Below, in pieces: positions 49,014-57,861 of a stretch of DNA of 64,000 nucleotides (position 1 is the stretch's first letter; each line of letters opens with the position of its first letter). A program made the position numbers and the translations under genes. The notes under the pieces were generated by a model. It was given only the letters and a program-made list of their open reading frames with translations, was not told where the DNA came from and did no database searches. The DNA is taken from NCBI GenBank assembly GCA_963849895.1, contig CAWKIU010000003.1, positions 206,114 to 270,113 of the forward strand, written 5' to 3'. The DNA comes from an uncultured Alphaproteobacteria bacterium. Lineage in GTDB: Bacteria; Pseudomonadota; Alphaproteobacteria; Micropepsales; Micropepsaceae.

Positions 49014-50144
49014 ATGACAAAGCTAGTTTTGCCTGCCGCGCGGGTGCGCCAGGGTGGCCTCGTATTGTACTCAACCTCAATTAAGGTCAGAGACCTCGTC
49101 ACACCAAATTTCTATAGCGTGGAAACGCTTGATCCGAACAATAAGAACGACAAGGGATTTCAACGCCTATTGAATACCGCTCGCGCGAAGCGGCTCGCCG
49201 ACTACATCGTGAAAGGCCAAGACAGCAAGGACGCCTTTCTTCCCACTTCCGTATTTCTTGCGACGGCAAAAAACATCCCTTTCAACGAGACGAATAACAC
49301 CATCGAAATTGAGACGGGAAGCGTCTGCCCTTTCAGCGTTGTAGACGGCCAACATCGGCTTGAAGGGCTCAAGATGGCTGCCGAAAAAGATAGCAGGGTT
49401 CTGGATTTTGAAGCGCCGGTGAATATAGCCGTAAATCTACCCTTCATCGCGCAGATGTGTCACTTCCTGATAGTCAACACAACTCAAAAGAGCGTCGATA
49501 AATCGGTGGAACAGCGCATCATTGCGAGGCTCACCGAGGCTCTCGATCTGGAAGATTTGCCGAGCCTGCCGAAATGGATTTTGAACACCGTTGAAAAAGG
49601 TGAAGTGGATAAGGCGCTCAAGTATGTCACCTATCTCAACGAAGCGAATAACTCGCCCTGGAATGGCAAAATCCTAATGGCGAACGACGAGTCAGACGAC
49701 ACTACGATTAATCAGCGCTCCTTCGTTAAGGCGATTGTCAAATACGTCCTGACAGCCAACAATCCTCTCGCCGTGGTCGTGAACGATCTGGAAAGGGAGA
49801 AAAAAGTCTTTCTAAATTACTGGAAGGCCATCGCGAATTTGCTCGACGACGGAAACGCGACCGTCCTCTACAAATACAATGGCGTAGAACTCTTTTGCAA
49901 ATTCTCCATCCCGTTCTTCACGAAGTTGCAGGACAAGGGCAGCTTCACTGTCTCGACTATGGAGAGCTTACTCAAATCGTGCTTCGAAAATGTCGAAGGT
50001 GAATATGCCGGAGTTGGGCACCCCGACTGGTGGGCCAAGGGAAGCAACGCGAGCTTCTTGAATGCGGGTGCCATCAATGTGGTATCGCAAGAATTAGCCC
50101 GGGCCCTGCATAAAGTTTCTGCGTCGGCTGCAATAGAAGTATGA
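49014..50144 (+). CDS. DGQHR-domain protein (DndB-like, ParB/Srx-fold)
   Basis: 376 aa, RBS AGAGGGG. VVDGQHRLEGL (DGQHR at 49344-49358) and downstream FLIVNTTQKSVDKS, as in DndB-like/TIGR DGQHR proteins. About 48-50% GC by eye. Confidence 0.85.
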   Translation: MTKLVLPAARVRQGGLVLYSTSIKVRDLVTPNFYSVETLDPNNKNDKGFQRLLNTARAKRLADYIVKGQDSKDAFLPTSVFLATAKNIPFNETNNTIEIETGSVCPFSVVDGQHRLEGLKMAAEKDSRVLDFEAPVNIAVNLPFIAQMCHFLIVNTTQKSVDKSVEQRIIARLTEALDLEDLPSLPKWILNTVEKGEVDKALKYVTYLNEANNSPWNGKILMANDESDDTTINQRSFVKAIVKYVLTANNPLAVVVNDLEREKKVFLNYWKAIANLLDDGNATVLYKYNGVELFCKFSIPFFTKLQDKGSFTVSTMESLLKSCFENVEGEYAGVGHPDWWAKGSNASFLNAGAINVVSQELARALHKVSASAAIEV

Positions 50145-50479
50145 AGCTAAAGGCACTAGTTCCACTTCCGACGCAACGCGAGACGTTTAAGAGAAACCGC
50201 GAACGTTTTGTGCCATCAGCGCCGGGCTGCTACGTCCTGGCGACCTTTGATGGGGATGTTCTGTACATCGGGCTGTCTGTAAATCTGCGGAAGCGCATGA
50301 ACGATCACTTAGACAATCCTCAAAAGACTGGGACTAGCAAGAACGGGAGAGCAGTCTTTTTCTATTGGCTTAAATCATCGGACATCAACAAGATTGAGCG
50401 CACTTGGTTGAACATCCACATTGAGCACGAAGGCGTTTTGCCGATCCTGAACAGCATATTCTCCCCTACTGCGACATAA
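50141..50479 (+). CDS. standalone GIY-YIG nuclease-domain protein
   Basis: 112 aa, ATGA overlap with the DGQHR gene. GCYVLATF..DVLYIGLSVNLRKRMNDH (GIY, YIG, Arg) and IERTWLNIHIEHEGVLPILNS (Glu, Asn). Confidence 0.8.
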   Translation: MKLKALVPLPTQRETFKRNRERFVPSAPGCYVLATFDGDVLYIGLSVNLRKRMNDHLDNPQKTGTSKNGRAVFFYWLKSSDINKIERTWLNIHIEHEGVLPILNSIFSPTAT

Positions 50480-50740
50480 CTGATATAGGGCGCAATTTCC
50501 CTATCATCATTTCGTACGCCTTGCGCATTCTGCCCCCAGCTGCGAGCCGCAGCGAAGCGACTGTTTGGCCAAGTCTTGTTCATGGCAAGAAATCAGCCCC
50601 AGTTGAACTTTGCCGCGTAAGCTCATGCTTTTTTACCCCAAGGTTCAATTCGGTACAAGCATTTCGCCTTCGGCACTTTTGTGTAGCCAAACACGCGCGG
50701 TTCGCTACTATCGTGGAATCACGAACGTGGCGAGGTTTCC

Positions 50741-52600
50741 TTGGACATTGCCGTTAAGTCGCAAGTTTCGTTAGACGCGCGCGCCCTATTGTTGGCTGCC
50801 AACCAATTGCAGGGTGCGAGCGGGTACGCTGCTACTGCAAAAAACATTGTCGATCAGCTCCCTCCCCAAATCGCTCAGTATTTTTCGGCGCCGCTGCGAG
50901 AGTTGGCACGCGCCGACAATATTCTGCTCGCCGCTATCGCGCAGTCGTACTCACGAATGAAATTAGAAGATGCTCTGGCAGAATGTGTGCTTGAGGGTGA
51001 ACACGATCTAACCCTAAAAAATCGAGGGGCAGTTTTTACTCCTTCTTGGCTGGCACATCGCGTTCACCTCCAACGCCGCTGAATGGTGGACGAAGATAAA
51101 CGGCGACAAGCCGCCCAAGCTCATCGCCGACCTAAGTTGCGGCGCTGGAGCGTTTCTTGTCGCATCTACTGACACTTTTGGACGCGCATCGAAAATAGTT
51201 GGCTTTGATATCGACAAGCGTTCAATTGCCTACGCCCATTTAGCTAGTGCTGCTTGCGGCGCTCATTGGAATTTGGAACAAGCGGACGCGCTAAAGCGTT
51301 TTTCGGCACAACCAAATCTATTCAATGGTTCATCAAGCTCGAACGAAACATTTGATCTGATTATCGGCAACCCTCCCTATGTCCGCGCCGCCAATCTCGA
51401 CCCGGCGTATTCAGACTTCTACGAGCACACTATAAATCGACCGCGACGGGTAATTTCGATCTGTCAGTCGCGTTCCTCGAAAGCGCCATTGACCGGCTAA
51501 AAGAAGGGGGCGTCTGCTCATTCATAGTTTCTAGCAAATTCTGCCAATCCTCCTACGGGGCTAGCATTTGCAAGAAGCTTGCATCCGAGGCCCGCGTACT
51601 GAGCGTCGAGTATTTCTCCGATCATCAATTGTTTAAGGGCTACACAACCTATGTGATGGTGCTTACCGTAGCGAAGCTAAAGCCTGCGAAGAGATTTACG
51701 CTTACCACATTTCCATCGGGCCTAACCGCGGGAGCCGATCCGGGACGTGGAGAGAGTGTAACGCTCGACACGGAAAAGCTTCGAGATATTCCTTGGGACT
51801 TTGCTTCTGGCAGCAAACAAGACGTACTTTCGCTGCTGCAATCCAAGGAACATCCACTTCTTACCGACATATTCGGGGGAATTTTCCAAGGTGTCCGGAC
51901 TGGCGCAAATGACGTTTTCGTCTTGGACAAGAATGCGCACGCTTCTATCGAGGCCGATCTGTTGATCCCGTTTGTTACTGGTCGACAGATAGACCGGTTC
52001 GCGATTGATAACTCCGCGTTGAAGCTTATATACCCGTATTCGATAAGCGATTTTGGCGAAGTGCGCTTGCTCGAAGAGAAGTATTGCCGCCTGAAATATC
52101 CGGCGGCGTGAACTCATTTAAACAGCAGCAGACAGGCTTTACGGGAACGAAGCCGAGAAGGCTCTACCGGATAGTACGGATTCAGCCGATCTCAAAACCT
52201 TAGGGGGCATCGTCATTCGCAAGCTGCTTGTCAAGGAAATGATGGCGCAGGTCGAGTTTGCCGCTGACATTCATGGCCGAAATCTCATTTGGGTCAGGAT
52301 ATGCGCTTGATGCGTCGAGGATGTCCGATGACGACCTGCGCTTTGTGGACCAGCAGATGTTAAAATCCGACTATGGAATTTGCCCTCCGCCACGCCGGGA
52401 CGCAACTCCACAGCGGCTGGTTTAGGCTTCTTAAGCACCACCTGAAGCGCGTTCATCTTCCGAAATTGTCTAAGTCTGCGAAGGATGATGCTCTCGAGCT
52501 TGCGGAAAAGTTGCATCGTACAACTAACGTTTCCACTCAAAGGAAGCATTTGGATCGGATGGATGCGCTGGTTAGCGAAATCCTTTGGGCTCACACCTAA
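50741..52600 (+). pseudogene. Eco57I/TaqI-like gamma-class N6-adenine DNA methyltransferase, multiply frameshifted
   Basis: Pieces in three frames: GAVFTPSWLA (50741 frame); KLIADLSCGAGAFL...DLIIGNPPYV (frame open from 51018; NPPY at 51369-51380); GNFDLSVAFLESAIDRLKEGGVCSFIVSSKF...GVRTGANDVFVL...LIYPY (51629 frame); more C-terminal pieces to 52600. Shifts near 51060, 51430, 52108 and beyond. Confidence 0.7.
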
Positions 52601-52785
52601 GCAAAGGGCAGATGATTCCGATTTTAAGGCTAACTGCCACAAGCGCTCGGTGAAGGGTGATGCTTCCGTATTAAAGGAGAGTATTTCCGCCGACACCAAC
52701 TCCGACGCGGAACGATTTGAGCCTGTGAAGCTTGAGCGATTTAACAAGTATCATCGCGAGCGTGCAGACCTGCATCACCATGTAA

Positions 52786-54086
52786 CCTTTAAGGCCAACA
52801 AAAAAAACAGCAATCCATAGATGGTATCCATATACCCAAGGGTACTCGGCTACGCTTGTCGAAATTCTCTTAGCTGAATTGGGGGTATCACGTGGAGATA
52901 CCGTCCTAGACCCATTCTCTGGTAGTGGAACGACAAGTTTAGTTTGCTCACAACGCGGCATAAAGATCCCAATTCAATTCGACATTTCTCCCGCTTATGA
53001 CGTGGGTGGCGCACACAAAAGCTCAACGCCAGAACCTGCCGAGATTGAGAAGGTCATTGGCTCTTTCGACTATAAGAGGGCAACCAAGTTCAAGATCGCA
53101 ACGAAGAAGCCGGAATTGTTCGCGGACTATTTCTCTGAAGCTTATTCGGAAGGTATTCTTCAGCAGCTATTGTCGATCTTCGATTATATACGTGGTTTGC
53201 AAGCTAAAGAGAGCGTGCAGGATATTCTCATGCTTGGCGCAATCGGATTGCTTGAGGAAGTTAGCAATATCCGCAAACACGGTTCTCACTATAGATTTCT
53301 CAACAAGACGGAGAGTGTCGGCATGAGAAAAACTCAACATTCCAGATACACGATAAAGGACAATGTCGGGAGCATTTTGCAACAGCGTCACGCGCAAATG
53401 CTGGAAGACATCAAGGGTTCACCTTCGATATCTCCGAAGGTGCGCACTGATATTCGGACGGGGGACGCCCGCAACATGGCTATTCCGGACAAAAGTGTGA
53501 CAGCCATTATCACCAGCCCACCCTACCTAAATCGAAATAATTATATCGCCCAACAGAAAGCGGAGCTCAGCATACTCGGTCTGGTGAAGGACTATCCTGC
53601 GTATAAGGAGCTGGTCCGGTCCACGTTTCGCTCTCACGTTGAAAGCGCGCTGGACAAAGTAGCTGCAAGCGAATTACCAGAAGTGAGCCTGATTCTGTAA
53701 AAAACCGTTTTACACCGGGCAACAATCCAAAAATCCCCCATATGATCGCCGGATATTTTGCTGACTTAGCACAAACCTTGAAAGAACTCTTTCGGGTATC
53801 GAAGGCCGGCGCGCGTGTCGCGTTTGTGGTAGGCAATACGCATTAGGGGGTCGCGTGGTGATCCCAATCGATCATCTATTGCTAATGCTTGCCGAAAAGG
53901 CGGGATTTCGAGGCGGAGCGTGTTCTCGTTACGCGAATGAAGGGCAATAGCCCGCAGCAAATGCGCATGTACGGAAGAATTCCCGGTGCAAATCGGTCGT
54001 CCTTTTCCGTAAGCCGAATTAAGCACGCCTGCAGTCGAGTTCCTCTCGCAGATATGCAATCAGTGGACTGCCCGCTCGTTTTTTAA
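52786..54086 (+). pseudogene. second SAM-dependent DNA methyltransferase-like gene (motif I DPFSGSGTT, motif IV SPPY), disrupted
   Basis: IHRWYPYTQGYSATLVEILLAELGVSRGDTVLDPFSGSGTT has no in-frame start. It joins the upstream frame only if the A8 run at 52800-52807 changes length. SPPY at 53515-53526. The C-terminal part (..AGYFADLAQTLKELFRVSKAGARVAFVVGNT / VVIPIDHLLLMLAEKAGF / AERVLVTRMKGNSPQQM) is scattered over three frames. Confidence 0.6.
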
Positions 54087-55266
54087 TGAAAGGTCGGCTT
54101 TAAGAAGATCACTGGCGCAAAAGAATTTTTCGTAGCCTGCTAACTCGAGCATGTGCACGTATTTCAACGCCTCTCGCTGCGTGACACCCCAATTCCCGTC
54201 CAGCACGCTTATCCAATGGAATTTCTTGTCTCTCCAAACAAGCTGTCCTCGGTCTGAAAGTTCTGCGGTGTAGAGTAATCCGCGAGCGACCTGTTCCTTG
54301 GTTCGGTTTTGTATCTCTTGCCGTGCTGAGTTCTTCCACCGCCAGATGCTTTGCATTGGATATATACCGGCATTTTTAGGCGATTTGAGTAAAGCACAAA
54401 ATCTTCCGATAGCTTCGTGCGCTTCATGCCCAATTGATGGAGCAACGACAGGAATCTCAACGTCCTTTGCGAGCCCTCCTGGTATTCAAATTTGCCCTCT
54501 TTTAGCAGCAGGTCTACAATCGCTTCGACCGGATTAAAGTAACTCCGAGACATTTCGATTGCTTCCAGCGTAGAAAGAAAGTGGTTCCACTCCGTCGCGC
54601 CTGCATCAAGCGATGCCTGCATACAGTGACGGGCGATCTCATTCTCAATTGCATCGGGTGTCTTCGCGCCTGCAGAAGCGATGAGCGCATCAAGAATTGC
54701 ATAGCGGACCAAGCCAGTCGGTGGTTTGGTTTCGGGCGCGCTAAGTATGCGCTTCTTCCACCCTGCCCGAAGATCAGTCCAAAACTGCGCGTGCTTGAGC
54801 GGTGTCTTTGTTGGTTCGATGCCAATATTCAAAAGGCGTTCGGCGTCATCGTTATTCCACAGAAATAGGATGTCGTCGTAGAAGAATGTGAACGCCTCAA
54901 TGACATAGGGGAGCCAAGCTTCGCGCGTTCCCCCAAGCACCAACGTTGAGCGTAGATCGGGATATGCGTTCTTCAGCAGAGCAATTCGCCAAGCTTTAGT
55001 TGAAGCTTGTTTTCATTGCTGTGGCCCGGTGTATCGGGGTTGGAGTACGTGACAGAGACAATTGCTTGCGGCTTATCCAAAGAGGGATACACACAGTCAG
55101 TCTGTATTCTATATTTGTGCTGGAAATCATAAACGACGCGCCCGCCATCCCAATCCAGAGATTCCCGGACCGTGCGCTCAAGATTGCTCCCATACTTTTG
55201 GACTTCGACCAAGCTGGCGGCTTGATTGGCCCAAGCCTTATCGCTCATATTTTCTCCGGATCGCAC
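54060..55266 (-). pseudogene. restriction-endonuclease-like gene in three frame fragments (function tentative)
   Basis: 55266-54973, 54943-54209 and 54356-54060 read as one protein across two shifts (...NENKLQLKLGELL / LKNAYPDLRSTLVLGGTREAW...; ...VYIQCKASGGGRTQHGK / NRTKEQVARGLLYTAEL...). Convergent with the methyltransferases. Confidence 0.45.
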
Positions 55267-55863
55267 TCGTCATTGATCGAATTTCCGAACTAAACTTTAT
55301 GCAATGAAACGTAAAGTGGTTGCCACTTTTGCCCTATCCCGTCCATAGCGCCGTATCTGGCGGAAGAGGAAGATCCACAAATTGCTGGTTATTTGGGCCA
55401 GCAATGTTCCCGTATATCCCTCCTACGAGGCGAACAATCAAAGCTAAAGACCGTATTGGCGGGGCATTAATTCGCGACGTGCACGCGAAATGCTCTCCTG
55501 AATAGCGGCGGACGACATCAAGATCATAACGAGGGGCCTTCCCTTCCCCATTTCGCGAAATACTGTCGCCAAGTAATCTTGCCGTCGCACGCGGCCTTAT
55601 AATCGATGCGTTGTTCCGCGCACATTCCCGGCCTCGTGGGCGCAAACAATCCCGTCCACGAAACCAGTTCGCGAGCAACGTTACGGATGGCGGGTAGAAC
55701 CGCTGCGCGGGTTTTGAGTATCGCATGACGGAAGATTGCGCGCGTCGTCAAAAGACGGCCAATGTGTCGAAACAGCAATTGCGGCGAAGCTTTGTTCCTT
55801 GGTCGGCGTCGGCTTCCTTCGCCGCTGTCCTTGGGCTAGCGTCGGGGCGACGGCGCGAGCCCC

Positions 55864-57216
55864 CTATCGTTCCCTTTCCCTCCCTCGGTCGCGGTCGCGA
55901 TCTTCTTCCATGCGACGTATGAGATCGCGCAAATAGTCGTCGCCCTTGGACTGGATATTATTGAGATGCTCCCGCGTGAGATTTTGCAAATCTTCGGGCT
56001 TAAGAGTTTTGCCGCCCTCGATGCTGTCGCGAATTCGCTCAAGCGCATCCAGTGCCTTCCGTTGGGCGATGATTTGCTCGATGCGTTCTGCTTGCGGATC
56101 GCGTTTGGGCGGCGGCGCGCTTCCCGCCAAAAAGTCAGCCACGAAGTCCGCGAGCTTTTTCGACGCCGCCCGTAATGCTATTGGCGACGCCTAGTCCGGC
56201 CTCCAAACCTGCTTCAGCCGAATTCACGGGCGAGGGATCGTTTCCGAAGCCCGGCTTGCTCTCTTGCCTAGGTTCGAACGTTTCGGCCTTTGCCTGGTTA
56301 TAATCTTTAGCCGGTTCGCCAGCGGCCCGGTCACGCCGCATCTGTTCGCGTTCGAGCTGGCTTTGCCTGCGGACTTCACTTTGATCGTAAATGCTTTGCG
56401 GCGTATCCTGTTCTCGCGGCGGTGTCGCGCGCTGTTGCTCGCGGGCTTCCTCAACGGAAGGAAGTGCTTCGCGATCTACGTCCGACATGCGCGTGCGCAC
56501 TTCGGCGGTCTTCACGCCGTCAAGTCGGCGCGCCAAACTGTGCGCGTCTCCCGCGCGATCTACCACACAAAAGTCTCGGCGGTCGCCTTTGGCGAGGACG
56601 TATCCCCGCTCTTCAATGGCCGCTTTGAAAGCCGTGCCGAAGTCCGTTGATCGCCAGAACTGGGTTAGCTCCTCTTTCATCGCTTTCGGATCAATGCCGC
56701 TTCTTTCGGCGGCGCGCTTCTCCATAGTTGCTCTGACTGGTTGCGTTCATTGGGAGCTGCAGTTGGCGTGGGTGTGAGCCCGAACCGGGCTTCGAGTTCG
56801 CGCGAGGTGCGTTCGTGGATCAAGTAGTTGCCGCCCATGTCCGCCACTTTCATGGTCTCGACATCGACCCGGTTCCAGACCACATGATAATGTTGACGGC
56901 CTTCCTTGACGTGCTCGATCACGACACGTTGATGACCTTCAAGCCCGAGGTTACGCTCAAGCGTATCGACAGCCTCCTTCCACTGCTCGGGTGTAAGATG
57001 CTCATGGGCGAGAGGATTGATATTGGCTTGATACATGAAATTGCCGTGGGAGCGGCTGCCGCTGGCGACGCCCTGCATTTCGCGCAAGGCACTTGGCAGA
57101 TCGGTGGCCGCCAGTCCTGAAATCTCTTTGACTTCGGCCTTCTCGTTCGTGTCGTCGCGCAAGAGGTGTTTCGACCAGAACCCGACGCTGCCTGCCGGGT
57201 TCCCTTTGATAATCAT
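55864..57216 (-). pseudogene. MobA/VirD2-type (MOBQ-like) relaxase, two frameshifts
   Basis: N-terminal MIIKGNPAG...SHGNFMYQANINP...GRQHYHVVWNRVD (His triad). Continues in another frame (RSGIDPKAMKEEL...GYVLAKGDRRDFCVVD) and again after an A5 run near 56160 (LADFVADFLAGSAPPP...DRDRDRGRERER). Confidence 0.75.
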
Positions 57217-57587
57217 GGCCGTCGGCCAAGGACCAGCATGACGGCATGGGCTGCCAGCCGAACCTCGGCAATGGCTGCTCTCACGTCTTCGAGCACGTCC
57301 TTCCCAATATTGGCGGCGCGGGCGACCTGATTGAGGTTGCTGCCTGCCTTCCCAAGCTGGCCGAGCACCTTTGCCAGGAGCTCCTTTTCCACGGGGGGGC
57401 GCCGGACGCTCCGGGGCGGCAATGCGCTGAGCATTTGCGCCCGACCGTAGGATGACAAAGTGAGCCCCGCCCGGCTGGCGGCCTCCTCGGCCTGAGCGAG
57501 CTCGGCTGGGGTGAGGCGGATCATCGCCAGCTTCGTCCTCTGGCGCTTTTCACTGCCGCTTCCCCTGGGCGGCTTGTCGCTCGTCAC
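57213..57587 (-). CDS. mobC: MobC-family relaxosome accessory protein
   Basis: 124 aa. IRLTPAELAQAEEAASRAGLTLSSYGRAQML...LLAKVLGQLGKAGSNLNQVARAAN. ATGA overlap with the relaxase. Confidence 0.85.
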   Translation of the reverse strand: MTSDKPPRGSGSEKRQRTKLAMIRLTPAELAQAEEAASRAGLTLSSYGRAQMLSALPPRSVRRPPVEKELLAKVLGQLGKAGSNLNQVARAANIGKDVLEDVRAAIAEVRLAAHAVMLVLGRRP

Positions 57588-57861
57588 GGCGGGCCTCCTT
57601 GGCGAAACCCATCGCCGAAAGGGCTGAAACCCAACACATTTTCCTGCGGGGTCAACGGGGCGGAGCCCCTTGCAAGACAGGCGGAGAACCAGCGCGTCCG
57701 GGACGCGCGGTATATCCGCCGCTGGCTTGCCACTATCATTATTCTAACTTTTCTTGACTTAAGACGGCTTAAGTTTGGATCAAATCCAAGATAATTCAAT
57801 TCAAATAAAACGGCCCACCCCCTCTGGAGCCGCCCGAAAAACGTGCTCATACTGAACACGG
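57588..57861. promoter_or_regulatory. candidate oriT / divergent promoter region between mobC and the coupling-protein gene
   Basis: AT-rich patch (57730-57820) with small inverted repeats TTGGAT-caa-ATCCAA and GGGGC-gga-GCCCC. Position upstream of mobC-relaxase is typical for oriT. No nic site recognised. Confidence 0.3.

Noticed and set aside
55334-55778. ORFs of 130 and 84 aa downstream of the relaxase on the minus strand
   Set aside because: The two overlapping frames may be another frameshifted small gene (..ITWRQYFAKWG.. / ..RYDLDVVRRYSGEHF..), but I recognise no family and cannot choose a frame.
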